A stretch of 64,000 nt of DNA from Lepidodermella squamata (Eukaryota; Animalia; Gastrotricha). The position numbers were made by a program, and so were the translations under genes. The first letter of the stretch is position 1. Each line of letters opens with the position of its first letter. Of the stretch, positions 45,529-57,623 are shown in pieces. The stretch covers positions 3,720,001 to 3,784,000 of the forward strand of contig JBLDXI010000009.1 in assembly GCA_047495785.1 (NCBI GenBank). The letters are read 5' to 3'. A model generated the notes under the pieces. That model ran no database searches and was not told the DNA's origin. It saw only the letters and a program-made list of their open reading frames with translations.

Positions 45529-46350
45529 AATGAAGCAATCTGGATAGCGCTGGATTATGCAATTTTTCTCCAATATTACCTTTGCTGATTTCCTATTACT
45601 GAAAGTCAATGTCTCGTAAGAAATGCGGTGAAACAAGGTGTATAAATGAAAATCATCATGACTGCTGTTAATCTTCATACTTCTCACCCCTTCAATTCTC
45701 GCCTCGAAATTTTACCGATCATCGATATTGCTCGTTTATTGTTTTCACCAACATCAAGCCTTTTTTTACACCAGAGACTCCAACTCAATTTTTACTGCGT
45801 GAGTGTGTTTATAATTTAGAGTTGCATGCCAATCCAAAGTTTATGATCAAATTCTTCGTTGAATCTTGTTGTGGCTCGGCCCTAAATCTCCTCCTTAAAA
45901 GTGAGGTACTTGGTACCGACTGAAAGTTGTGCTACAAGACTTGCTCCGTAGAAAATCATCGTGTGCATAATAATTGAGCAACTTTTGACTACATGTATTT
46001 ATTAGAAGTGCGTGGTGTACGACTACCTGCTTTTAGTATACCCCTCATTCCATCGTTTTTTTCTATCTCTTTGAATAAGACAAAGGAGAGTTGTGGCTAG
46101 AAAAAAATCACCTTTTTGAGAGAAAAATGACGTGCGTAGGCTGCTGCTTTCATCATCACGTGTATTTTTTCAACAAAACAAGGTCCAGAAATTAATTAAT
46201 AATATAAAAATATTTACAACTGCGTACTGCATAATTTGAAGCGAAAAGAAAAATAAAGAGCAAATTATTTATTGCAATAGACTCGTAACAATGAATTGTT
46301 TTTGTGTGATTAGAAAATTCTGATATGATTAATAATAATGAGGAGAAGAA

Positions 46351-48979
46351 ATGAGCCAGCCGTACGCGCAAGCTTTTAGTAGTACCGATCAATTGATCGA
46401 CAATGTGTACCCGGTTACTTGTGTCGAAATAACGGATGCTGGGCAGTCAGTCGCCGGCGATGCTAGTGGCAACAACAGTGGCGGCGTCGCGTTGGAGACG
46501 AATGTTGCCAATTTGTACAGACTGCGCTTTCACGACCGGCTCAGCAACGGCCGCGGTGAGCCGGAAGACGCGGCCGTCATCCTAGAAAAAGCAACCCGGT
46601 TAGCTGGCTCGTCAGCTGAACACACTGTTGTCTTATGCACATGGCCAATAGAGTGAGTGCATTACTACCTATACTTATAGCACGTATAATCAGAATTTGA
46701 CCGCCGCCAGCCACTCTAATCAATCGTGAAATTGATGGAAATCTAATTCTAGATTAAAATTGACGAGAAATTGTAAATTATGGGTCTTACCAAGTTCAAA
46801 TTGCTTCTAATAAAAAATATTATTTGCGAAAATTCCTCCTTAAATTTCAAATATCGAAAATTTTCAACACTTGATAGTGGGCTATTTTTTCTAATTTTTA
46901 CCGAATTTTAAGGTGATTTATTTAGTTCTGAGGATTAATGATGAATTCTCGAAATTGTTGAAAATTCATTTTTGATTGAATTAGTTATTCATAATTTAGT
47001 TCCACCAAAAGTAGGACCCTGAAAATTCAGTGCAATTTGCCAAAATTTTGCCTACGGCTCTCTATTGCTTGGCGACGGTCGCATTTTCTATGAATATTGC
47101 ACGCTTTCACGTGCGTGTAAATGATTGTTTCATCTCGTGTAATTTAATTGTTGAATTTTGTGCTTTTTTTTTATCCAAAACAGGTACATTCGACGATACG
47201 GCTGCGAGACAAAGGTCAGTTGTTTGCATAGACGCATATCCCCTGTGTGTGTACGCTTGCGGTCGCGTAGCGCGTGACCACGCGAAATAAAGGCGTTATT
47301 TCCATGTACACGATCGCGCTAACGATATTTGAAGTAATAACAATTACATAAATAATTAGTCAACAAAAGATAGGTTATTGCGAGCCAAGCTGTGAAATTC
47401 GATAGAAAAATGACGGAATTATTCAATAATTTTAATTTATATGGGGGATCTAAGGTTCGTCAAAATCTGTGATTGAATGAAAAGATGGAAGGAAAAGAAA
47501 CGAGAAAGAAAGGAAGAACTGAAATACAGGAAAATTGGGGAAAGCTGTTCATCCAGCACATGTCTTCTTTCAACCTAAATTAAAAATGTGACTAAAACCA
47601 CCCGAAAAGTTTACAGCTTTGGACAGCTAAGACTGTAGTCATAATCGTAATCCTCAGCATTTACATCTTCGCTGTCTTCGGGCGGACCGACATCAGAAAA
47701 ATCGGGGGTCGTTCGCGATATAAGCAAAGTGATCGCTGAGTACCGAAACAGCAGTTCCATTCATTTCAATGGCTGTTCCAACCTTCGATGACCACATGCT
47801 AGTGCTGCTATCGTAATTTTGCAGGGTTTTGATCGATTTTCAACGAATGATTCAGAGCTACGGCATGAATGCATGGAAATTTGTACACCAACAGGGCCAA
47901 GTCACTTTGCTAGTCGGTTTGGCTTTGAGAAATCATACGGAATTGAGTGTTTCTTTGAATTTGTTCGAGGCTTTTGAATGGAGAATATTGAACGGCATGT
48001 TTTAATTCTATTGTCCCGGGAAGAGTGATGATATACGAGTAGAGGATATCACGGGCAATAGCGATGACAGGAGTTCGCGAGTCTAATTTTTCAAGTCTTA
48101 TAGGTATTTGGATTTCGGGATAAATGAGATATAGACGAAAAAAGTCTACCCCGTGAAATGTGTCTGGTACTCGGCACTCGGTATCATCGACATTTATAAA
48201 TGCTAAGGCCGGGCTAGGCTTTGTGGCTTGATATAGAGCGGGCCCGGACAAGGAAATACAACTTAAAATTTGGGATTTTACCCGCCGCTAATAATTTTCG
48301 GGATTCATACATTTCCATCAAAATCTCAAAATACTACACATTTCTAGATCGATATTGGTGTTGAAGTAATAACAATCTAGACGAAAACAGCAAAAGCGAG
48401 ATCCTCTCTGTTTTCGCCTAGGTCCGCGACTCATTATCCTTCACATTATCATTTTCTGTCAATATCGATTTTACTTCGTTATCAGGTGGGCAGCAATATA
48501 GCTCAACAATTGGAATGCTTAAGGTTGCCAACATTGGCTTCAGATCCCCTAAAATAGAGATTTTTCGACCGTAAGCATGTTTATTAAAGAGTGTCTGTTG
48601 TCTTTTTCAGAATATTTTCCTATTGGAGCTTGGTCGCCGGTGTGCTGGATTCCCTAACCGAGTTCTACGGTTCGACACGCGTCCTGCCAAAGCCTCGTCG
48701 CTCGAAAGTGACTTCGCCCTACTCGTCAAAAAAGTGCTGAAATTCATGGACCCATCCGCGAAGGCGCTCGCGAAGTCAACGAATCGCCAACTCGGCGGCG
48801 TGGCGGCGTTTTTCAAAAACAAATCTCCCATGGTGTCAAACGCGGTATCTTGTGATTACGCCGAACTGGCGCCGTACGAGCCGCCGAAAACTGGCCAGAA
48901 TGAAAAATCGAACGCATCGACAACATCCGACCCGGCGACGCATTACGCCAGGGTGGTTGTTAACCAAATAGATGGATAG
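46351..48979 (+). CDS. IRS-type PTB-domain docking protein (FRS2/DOK-like)
   Basis: Exons 46351-46652, 47184-47214, 48611-48979 splice to LCTWPIEYIRRYGCETKNIFLLELGRRCAGFPNRVLRF, matching the IRS-PTB WPxxxxRRYG...FxxExGRRC motif. C-terminal YAEL and YARV motifs. Confidence 0.75.
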
Positions 48980-50453
48980 AAGCAAGAAATTATCAAAAGC
49001 TAATCAATTTCGGTGAATTTCTGAAAAAATTCATAACGAATTTTATTTCACAATTTCTATTCAGTTTTATCACAATTCGACTTCCACAGATCGATGTAGT
49101 ATTTTCTAGCTGCTGAGCTTTTCGAGGCTATTTTTTTGTATTTTTCGACTCCCAAAACGCCTCTTCCACATTCAATTATATATTATAGCGACTGAATATA
49201 TTGGTGAATGAAAATTTCCGATTAATTTGCGCAAGAAACTGCTTTGAGTTCATTTTACATGTACCTCTGCAGCAATAATGACGTTGAAATTATATTTCTA
49301 AAATATTTGTGATTTTCTAAAAAATTAGTACTATATGCTGCATATATTGTATCTGCTTCATGTGTTGGGTGCCTTGTTTCGGGCGAAATCGCGCTCTTTT
49401 ACCTATTTCTATTCACATAAGCTTGCCTTGTTGCTTCCTTCGTCATGAAAAATTGCTGAAATTATGCAAGATGACCGCTGGCTGCTGGTTTTTACTGTCA
49501 TTTTTTGTATAAAAAGCGGGTAATCTTGACTGTTGTTTTGCTTGTCACAACTAATTGCGACTAGTTTCATAAAAATGATACCGGAATTTTATGTGTTATA
49601 TGGGCCATATATTTATATTATTGGATGAAAGACTGAATAAAATTGGAATTTTACAAGTCTGTAAAACTGGCGTGTCTTTTATTTCTCTGTAAAAATGTCC
49701 CATTAATTCATTAGGCCGAAAGAAAGAAAATTACGCGTAATTTGTTTCGAATTTTTGACGAGGCGAAAAATGGTTATTTGGATATTTGCATAATTGGTTA
49801 GTGTTCGCAATTGAAATTCCCGCAAGTCGTGCAATTTGTGGCTGCGCAAAAAAAATTATGCGTTCCCAGAATAGTGGAATAGAGCGCAGACGACAAAATC
49901 GGGGCGGTGTAATTCGACCTCTCCGCCAAACTCGTCAGACGTTGGCTTGTTTTCATATCGGGAACTTTTTCATTATAACGCCATTCATTTCAAACAGGAA
50001 ATATTTTCGTTAAACGAAGCGTGAAAAGCGCGAAAGGTTAAGTTTAACAGCAATTAGCAGATTATAGGTATTAGGCAATGTGAGGGCGTTTATATCGAAA
50101 AAATCTACGACATGGCCTCCATAGCACGTCCACTCTGCCAAGGTCCTTATTTCCTGTTCGATTTCACACTTCGCTTAAATAGATTTCTTTTTTTTACAAT
50201 TCGTAATGAACATTTTAGTTCGGAAAAGGTAGCTGCCACGGCATTTTTATGAGGTGAGACTTACTCTTGCGGAACAGAAATTCATCGCCAATGTTGAGTC
50301 ACGCGGTGATTAAATTGCTATCGAACTAGAGCGAGTAAATTTCAGATCCTGACACTTCCTCATGAGTGATTTTTCTCCGATGTTAATGGCTGTCGTATTT
50401 TTATTTTGAGAAAGATGCTTAATCATTAAAATTGCCCATATTCTACCGAAATT

Positions 50454-51242
50454 ATGGGCAAGAACTCTTCGAAGCCATTAGGCAAGGAGGATGTCGAACA
50501 GCTGATGAAGAGTACTCACTTCACACCTCAAGATATTTTCCAATGGTACTCGCTTTTCATCGTAAGTTTTGGAGCCATCCTCCATAAAGTCTCTTTATTT
50601 GTGTTTTTTTCCTCTATTTTTAGAAAGACTGCCCTACTGGGAAATTGCGGAAAGATCAATTTCTAGCAATTTACGAAGGTTTATACCCGGAAAGCGATGC
50701 AAAACTGCTCAGCAATCACGTGTTCCGAGCCATGGACAAAGATAACGACCGATCGATCGATTTTGTGGTAATAACAGCCGAAAAATTAAGAATAATTTCA
50801 ATAACTCAATTTTCGCCTCAGGAATTTATAACTTCGCTGAATGTCATTATGAATGGAAATGCTGAGGAGAAGCTAAATTTCGCCTTTACGGTAGTCGATA
50901 GCGATCACTCTGGACAAATCGAAAAGAGCGAACTCTACTCGATAGTCGAGGTTTTTTTGCTTGCGTCTTTTTTCGGGAATTCCCATGGAAATTGCGGTTT
51001 TTTAGGCTCTTCTCGCTATGCCTTCTCAAAGGCCGATGGCAACTAAAAGCCCGACAATTATCACAAATCGTATTTTCGCATCACTCGATGCTAACAATGA
51101 CGGCAGTATTTCAAGAGGTTTGCGGACTTTTCATTAAATAGAACGCGAAATAATCGATAATTTTCTTCCAGCCGAGTTCGTGAAAGCCTGCTTACAAGAT
51201 CAAGAACTGTGCGATTTCCTCACATCTTTTTACATTGGATAA
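50454..51242 (+). CDS. Neuronal calcium sensor family protein (neurocalcin/NCS-like), 5 exons
   Basis: MGKNSSK myristoylation-type start, DCPTG in EF1, EF loops DKDNDRSIDFVE, DSDHSGQIEKSE, DANNDGSISRAE; ends EFVKACLQD...YIG*. Confidence 0.9.
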
Positions 51243-52146
51243 CTTTTTTGTCCAAACTGAAAAATCCAGGTATTTGTATAATTACTACAGTATGTTTCTT
51301 CGGTGAATAATTCCCTCGCTTTCTTTTTTGTTTCCACTGCTTCGTTCTCACAAGTTCGTTTTTTTACGTGAACTCGATTCGAAACGCGACGCACTCTGAT
51401 GAATAATATTCAAGAATTTTATTTGTAAATAGCTATAACATTTTACTTTCATTTTTTATCGTCAAATTACTTCGTTGAAAATTATTGTAAATAAGTACGC
51501 TTTGGCCGTGATTATTTTTTGTTGCAATGATGAATAATCAAGGTGAAGGCGGATGTATTATTTTTTGGTTGATTGGAGGCAATAAAAAACCGAGAAACTG
51601 GATACCCCTGGGTTTTGTATCTCTCCGTTGCAGTATCAATGTTCCGAATCGGTATTTTTTCCCAGCATGATGGACTGTTCAGCTTTCAGCTTTCAGCTGA
51701 ATACAGGCTGAGCCTAACGTTAATGCCGAACATCTCTGAAGTTGGCTGAGTGAAAAGGAAACTGGGTCCTTATAATTGCCTTAATACTGTTGAAATTGTC
51801 TGCGAATTATCTCGGCCTACATTCCAAATAAAGCTCGATTACTTGGTTACTCATCTACAAGTTCTCGCTACAAAAGGTAGCTAACCAGTATGTCGATCTA
51901 ATTAATTACTTTACACGATGAATGGCTAGAAGCAGCTTTATGACAATGCCGCCTTATACTGCCCACTAACACGTTAATTCAGCCTTATAGTCGGTCTACA
52001 TGAGCTCTGATGAAGAATATAGCTCACCCGAGAATTAACACTTGAACAAATAATATTTCTCTACATTTTTGTATTGCGAGATGCGCTCACGTTCAAGATA
52101 TATTTAATGTCTACTTTCTAATTTCTGGTCTTAGAATTGAAAAATA

Positions 52147-52961
52147 ATGGGTAACTTGCTGTCATGCTTCAAAGGTTCCGAGGTCAAAACCAGCGAAATG
52201 GAGGATTTGAAGTCAAAAGAGCAGTTATCCCGGGGTGATCTAATGGCAATTTATAACCTTCTCAGAGTAAGAAATTTGAAGAATTTTTCCGAATTCAATT
52301 CCCCGTTTTGAACTACAGGGTGATGGTCAAGATGGAAAGATGAGCAAAGACCAACTTGCAAATGCCCTCGACGGGGTTCTTAATCCTAACAGCAAAGCCA
52401 AAAAGAAAATGCATCCCCTGCTTCAAGCGTTGGATCGAAATAATGATGGCGAAATCGACTTCAGCGTAAAATTAAAATTTAATAATTCAATACCTATACT
52501 CGATTTTGCTTGAAAACAGGAATTCATAGCTGGACTGAATCTGCTATTCAAAGGTTCCCTGGAGGAGAAAATAACCTTTGCGTATAAAGTTTACGCTGCT
52601 GATAAGGCTGAAACTGCCCGAAAAGCCGCCTTGGCTAAAGCTGTCGAAGTATTTTGTTTAGTAATTTCCACTAAAATAAGACGCATGTCCCAATCACTTT
52701 TCTAGAACATTGTAACCACTCCAACGAAAACTCAACCCGCGCCGGTGGAGAAGTCGAAAGCCTCCGAGATTTCTAGCCGCATTTTGTCGCCGTTAGACGT
52801 CAATGGCGACGGTAAAATCGATGAAGGTAAAAGCCTAGGCATTTAATCAATTATTGCCACACAAGTCCTTATATTTTCTTTGTAAACTCACAGCCGATTT
52901 CGTCCAAGCGTGTCTCAAAGATACAGAACTGTGCAACATAATAAACACTTTCAAGTTATGA
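52147..52961 (+). CDS. Divergent second neuronal calcium sensor paralog, 5 exons
   Basis: MGNLLSCF...LDRNNDGEIDFSEFIAGLNLLFKGSLEEKITFAYKVY...LDVNGDGKIDEADFVQACLKDTELC...*. Same four intron positions as the upstream gene. Absent from the ORF track. Confidence 0.85.
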
Positions 52962-53323
52962 AAAATGCTGCGAGTTCAAATTATTTTTTATTCAATTAAT
53001 TTCCCGTTGAAAATAGAAAATAATTTTTTTTACGTAATTGTTACAAGCTATGGACAAGAAAAATGTGATGAAATCTGCACAGAAATTTTTCAAAAAATAA
53101 AATACAGGTGATAATCTGAATAAACTGGCATCTAAACAATCACGAGATCAAAGAGCAAAAGAAAATTTTTCAATCAGCAATAATTTTTTGTTATAATTCA
53201 AACTCCTATGGTAATAACAAGTTTTCTATCAATATTTTTTTACCGAGGATTTTCACGTGAAAGATTGCTTGGCGTTATAAAACAGAGAACAGTCTGAATT
53301 TGATTTGTTTTCACCGGGATTTT

Positions 53324-54035
53324 TCAATACAGCGGCAACCCTCTGGTGTGGATGCCGAAAGGCGACGGAACGTGGCGCAGGTCAGGCGTGTTTCGCCTGT
53401 AACCGAACTGGCCGTTGTAGCCGATAACAGGTTGCGCGGAAATCATGGGCGTGTGATGAGCAGCGATATTTTCCATAGAGTGTCCTATTATATCAATAAA
53501 TAAAATTATGAAAAAATGAGAATCGAGGCTACAAACCTATTCCATTTTGATTACGACTCGAGAAATATCGGTACAAGTATCCGTTTTTGTGGAAACGCTC
53601 CTGTGGAATGCCGTTAATAGCGTGACCTCCTTCAGCCTATAAATCAAAATATATTCGAAATTATTAAAAAAAATCTGGCTTCTAAAATCTCACCTGGCCT
53701 GTTCTTTTAAGAACCCTGTTCACGCATGGCTGGTAGAAATAGTTCTTGCAGTGCCGGTCTACCTGTGAATTGTACGGAAAAATCACCGCGCCCAATTTCG
53801 GATTAGTGCCGAAAAAGTCATTTTGCATCGTGCTGACGGCGACCGAATCGAGGACAAAACTTTTCTCGCGCTCGAACTGCGCGTGGTGGTCGGGCGTTGG
53901 TGGTGCTCGGTACAGTTTATTGATGCGCGACGATCGCGTCGATCGCGGCGATGACTTGGATCGATTTTCGATCTCAGGCAGAGTTACCTGCTTCTTTTCC
54001 GCGCCCTTTTTACGAGAAGAATTAGCCGATCTCAT
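53324..54035 (-). CDS. C17orf98: C17orf98/SPMAP1 (DUF4542) ciliary/sperm microtubule-associated protein, 3 exons
   Basis: EKSFVLDSVAVS...PKLGAVIFPYNSQVDRHCKNYF and GYNGQFGYRRNTPDLRHVPSPFG match recalled family motifs. Confidence 0.85.
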
Positions 54036-54707
54036 TGCTAAATATAAAAAATCTCATTACATTGTCGGAAGAATTTTCAGCCATGTTTGCCGGACTATTT
54101 CCCAGAAAATACCTAGCAATAAAATCGAATTAAAAATGCATGATAAAAAATGTCGCCAGGCTATAAAATCAGTATCCGCGTTCGGAAAAAAAACGTTTTC
54201 AAGAGCGTGTATGTTTTTTGGATTTTATCGGTGTAGGAAAAATTGACTATAGATGTGTGTCAACCCTGGTCGCACGCATCGAGAAAAAAATCGTCGTCGC
54301 CGCTAAGCAACCTTACGTCGACCGGTCTCGAAATTTTGTATAAATAATTGACGATAGCGAAGAAACGATTCATGTCAAAAGATTGTGATGATCAAAGCGA
54401 AAAACAAATAGCCATGAAAATATAGGTATAGATTTTTTTCCCTACTACTACATTGAGCCTGTAGAATGGAACACGGCATTATCGAAACGTTTTTTTATAT
54501 CGAAATACGCACCTGTTGAATAGCGAAAAAAATGAAAAGCCAATTTTACATGAACGGCTTTAATGGCTCTTATACGGCCTTTCCTTCCTCTGAAAAAACT
54601 CGCATGGACTCAAAAAATTGCATTTTTTATTCTTTCCTTTTTTTGATTGATTGATTGATTGCGCCGTAAGAACAGTCGAAAAACAAGAAAAATAGAGGAG
54701 TAAAGAG

Positions 54708-55608
54708 TCACTGAAATAATTTCGGGCGCCAGTAATTATCAGCAAATCGCCATACAACCGGGGTTAGCGTGGGCATTATTGTTTTCCTGCAACAATTCTT
54801 CAACGAGCTTTTCGCGTTCAAAATACACCAAAAAATTAGCAGCCTGAAAAAATTCAAAAATTAATGAGAAAATCATTTTTTAATTTAATTTTATTACCTC
54901 TTTCGACCCTAATTTTGCGGCTTCCTTTAGCAGCTTCAACGCTTCTTTTTCACGAGCCGATCGCGGCATCAAAAGTTTCGACTCGGCCGCGTTGATAGTG
55001 AGGTAAGCCAGGTTGAACAGCGCATCCGGGTGCTGCCCGGCTAAGCGATATCGCCGAATAGCTTCCGCCGGATTATTAAGGTGGAACTGATGCAAAACTC
55101 CCAGGTTGTAATTGGCCTTCGACGAGCCGAAAGCATCGGCGGAAATCGTTAGATGGCGCAGGGCTAGGTCGTGATTGTTCTGCTTTAAGGCGGCTAGCCC
55201 TAACGCGTCATGCATAGAAGCCATCGAAGGCTTAACTGGTGTTTCGTTGTTATTTTTAGGTTTTTCGTTCATTGTCGAGGATTTATGTATGAAAGGCAGG
55301 TTTTCCAGGTTAAATCTGATACTACGAGCTGATTTTATCTGAGGTAAGGAAAGACTGCGATTATAATTGGAAGGCGGTTCGATTTGGCGAAACGGTTGAT
55401 TTTGGTCGATACAGAGGCATTCCATTAAGGCAGGTTGTGGTTTTTGATGTTGATTGCCGCATATTTCTGCGCCTTCGATGCCGTCATTGTCACTACTGAG
55501 AGATGGCGAATCTTGCTGGGTGATGGTTGAAACTCGGCTGCAGGGCGGCAATGAATTCACCGCCTGCGTCCGAAATGTCTTCAGCACGCTTTGAAACAGC
55601 TTCCACAT
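54708..55608 (-). CDS. DELE1: SEL1/TPR-repeat protein, DELE1-like
   Basis: Basic presequence-like N-terminus; DALGLAALKQNNHDLALRHLTISADAFGSSKANYNLG, HPDALFNLA, ALKLLKEAAKLGSKEA. One intron ~54845-54897. Confidence 0.6.
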
Positions 55609-55742
55609 CTCAAATGTATATAACAAAAACGGATCTATAAAACAGAAAAATATATCAATTAATCAACTCATTGTAATTTTAAATCAAATAAATAGGGATA
55701 ATTGATTATTCAATCGATGTATGGAATTAAGATGGAATTTTT

Positions 55743-56381
55743 TTAGGAAGCTTGCATAAACGGCTTAAGAACCGGTCGCTTCTCTAGCAATTGCATTTCA
55801 TGAAGCATTTGAGCTACGGCGAAGCGCATTTTATGAAAAGACTTCATGTCAAGTTGAATTGCGTAATTTTGGCCGTCACTCAGCGTTAAATGTAGCACAA
55901 CCACGGGCGATAGCAATTTCGGCTGTTCAGGCGAAGAAATCGCAATATCAACTCGCCAATTGATCGCAACAATTGTCGGCAGCGCTGGGCTTAACGAATA
56001 GATTTTCTCGATTTTCGCACGTGATTTCGCGTTTGAAAACGCATCGACTAGAACGGCAACATGCTCGCCCTGCAGGCCTAAATCTTCGAGATCTCGCTTG
56101 AACAACTCGTTTTTGAACACAACCCTCGGCTGTCGAACAGCCATCAGGTACATTTGATGCAAACCGGCTAAAATTTCAGCCACTGTCGACTTTTCAATGT
56201 CTTCATTCGCGATACGCGCCAAAATCTTCGCCGGATCAGCTCCGGTGTAGAAATCTTTCACCAACGCAACCAATTTCGGCGTTTCCAAACTTTGCAAATG
56301 CTTTTTCAACGCTTTTAGTTCATTCGGCGCTTTCAGGCCGAAAAACGGTAATCGATCCAAATCAACAGCGTGGGTACCCAT
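55743..56381 (-). CDS. COMMD5: COMM domain-containing protein 5
   Basis: LPTIVAINWRVDIAISS...LTLSDG...FHKMRFAVAQMLHEMQLLEKR; intronless. Confidence 0.88.
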   Translation of the reverse strand: MGTHAVDLDRLPFFGLKAPNELKALKKHLQSLETPKLVALVKDFYTGADPAKILARIANEDIEKSTVAEILAGLHQMYLMAVRQPRVVFKNELFKRDLEDLGLQGEHVAVLVDAFSNAKSRAKIEKIYSLSPALPTIVAINWRVDIAISSPEQPKLLSPVVVLHLTLSDGQNYAIQLDMKSFHKMRFAVAQMLHEMQLLEKRPVLKPFMQAS

Positions 56382-56504
56382 TATTTTTTTTAAATTATCT
56401 ATTTATCGAAAAATAACAAGGCAAGCTAAATCATTAATTTCCCGAATAGAAAATTATGAATAATTAAACAAATTGTTGATTTAGCTGGTAAATAGCAGGG
56501 TGAT

Positions 56505-57566
56505 TCAAAATTTAGGCATATCAACACATAGTTCGTTGGCTAGACGCTGCATCCAAATTAAATAATTCTCATGGTAAGGAATTCCGCCTAATTTTTCACA
56601 TTTTTCCATATGATCTCGCTCGGGGTCACCAGGAACCCTAACCGGTCTATCAATATCACTTGGTTCCATATTTCGATAGTGATCCATCAAAGTCTGCAAG
56701 CGATCTTCAAAACCATTCGCAAACGCCTTTGGGTCAATAACAATGAAACAATGGCCTAGATTAGCCTGGACACTTGAGCTATTCCAGTGCCGGACAAACG
56801 GGCCGAAAGCACTTCCAGCTAGTACGCCACACAAAATATCAACCCCAACACTAAGGCCGTATCCTTTAAATCCACTGGTAGCTTCAGTACTGCCCAGCGG
56901 CTGCAATCCGCCGTCGTCATACACGTCATTAGGGTCATTTGTATCACTCCCGTGTTTATCTACCGCCCAGCCGCTAGGAATTGGTTCATTTTTAAGCCGT
57001 TGAACCTCAACTTTTCCTAACGCCACGGCGGAAGTCGCCATATCAAGGACAAAAGAGTCATTATCTAGGCCGGGAGCAGCCAATGAAATCGGGTTAGTAC
57101 CACAGCCACCGACTTTGGCTCGAGTTGGAACTACAATGGGTGATGTGTTAGTGAAAGAAAGACCAATGAAGCCTTGCTCCAGAGCTCGTATAGCATACCA
57201 GCCCGCTATTCCGTAATGATTTGAGTTATTCGCAACAACCATTCCAATACCAATAGATTTAGCTTTTTCAATGGCTAAATCGATACAAAATTTGCCAACA
57301 ACTGGGCCGAGTAGGTTGTTACCATCGACTAGCGCGGTGGCAATAGATTGTTTAATAACTACAGGTTCGCCACTCAAGGCGGTTGTAGCCGACTGAACAT
57401 CAGCGATATACATTTCCAACCTATTTAAACCGTGGCTGAAATGACCACGAAGGTCGGCCGTTACCAATAATTCGGCTATAGCATCTGCGTGACTAGGGAT
57501 AACTCCAATTTTGATCATACAACGCAGGATAAACTCTCGAATTTCATTAGCGCTAATGACTGGCAT
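56505..57566 (-). CDS. Ldh_2 family (malate/L-lactate/L-sulfolactate dehydrogenase, YjmC-like) oxidoreductase, copy 2
   Basis: ADLRGHFSHGLNRL, NHYGIAGWY, GTNPISLAAP, FVLDMATSAVALGK, GFKGYGL, VPGDPE; intronless. Confidence 0.93.
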   Translation of the reverse strand: MPVISANEIREFILRCMIKIGVIPSHADAIAELLVTADLRGHFSHGLNRLEMYIADVQSATTALSGEPVVIKQSIATALVDGNNLLGPVVGKFCIDLAIEKAKSIGIGMVVANNSNHYGIAGWYAIRALEQGFIGLSFTNTSPIVVPTRAKVGGCGTNPISLAAPGLDNDSFVLDMATSAVALGKVEVQRLKNEPIPSGWAVDKHGSDTNDPNDVYDDGGLQPLGSTEATSGFKGYGLSVGVDILCGVLAGSAFGPFVRHWNSSSVQANLGHCFIVIDPKAFANGFEDRLQTLMDHYRNMEPSDIDRPVRVPGDPERDHMEKCEKLGGIPYHENYLIWMQRLANELCVDMPKF

Positions 57567-57623
57567 ATTTCCAAAGTAAATAGAATATGTATCTAAATGG
57601 AAGATTTCAATTAATTGAGTCTT

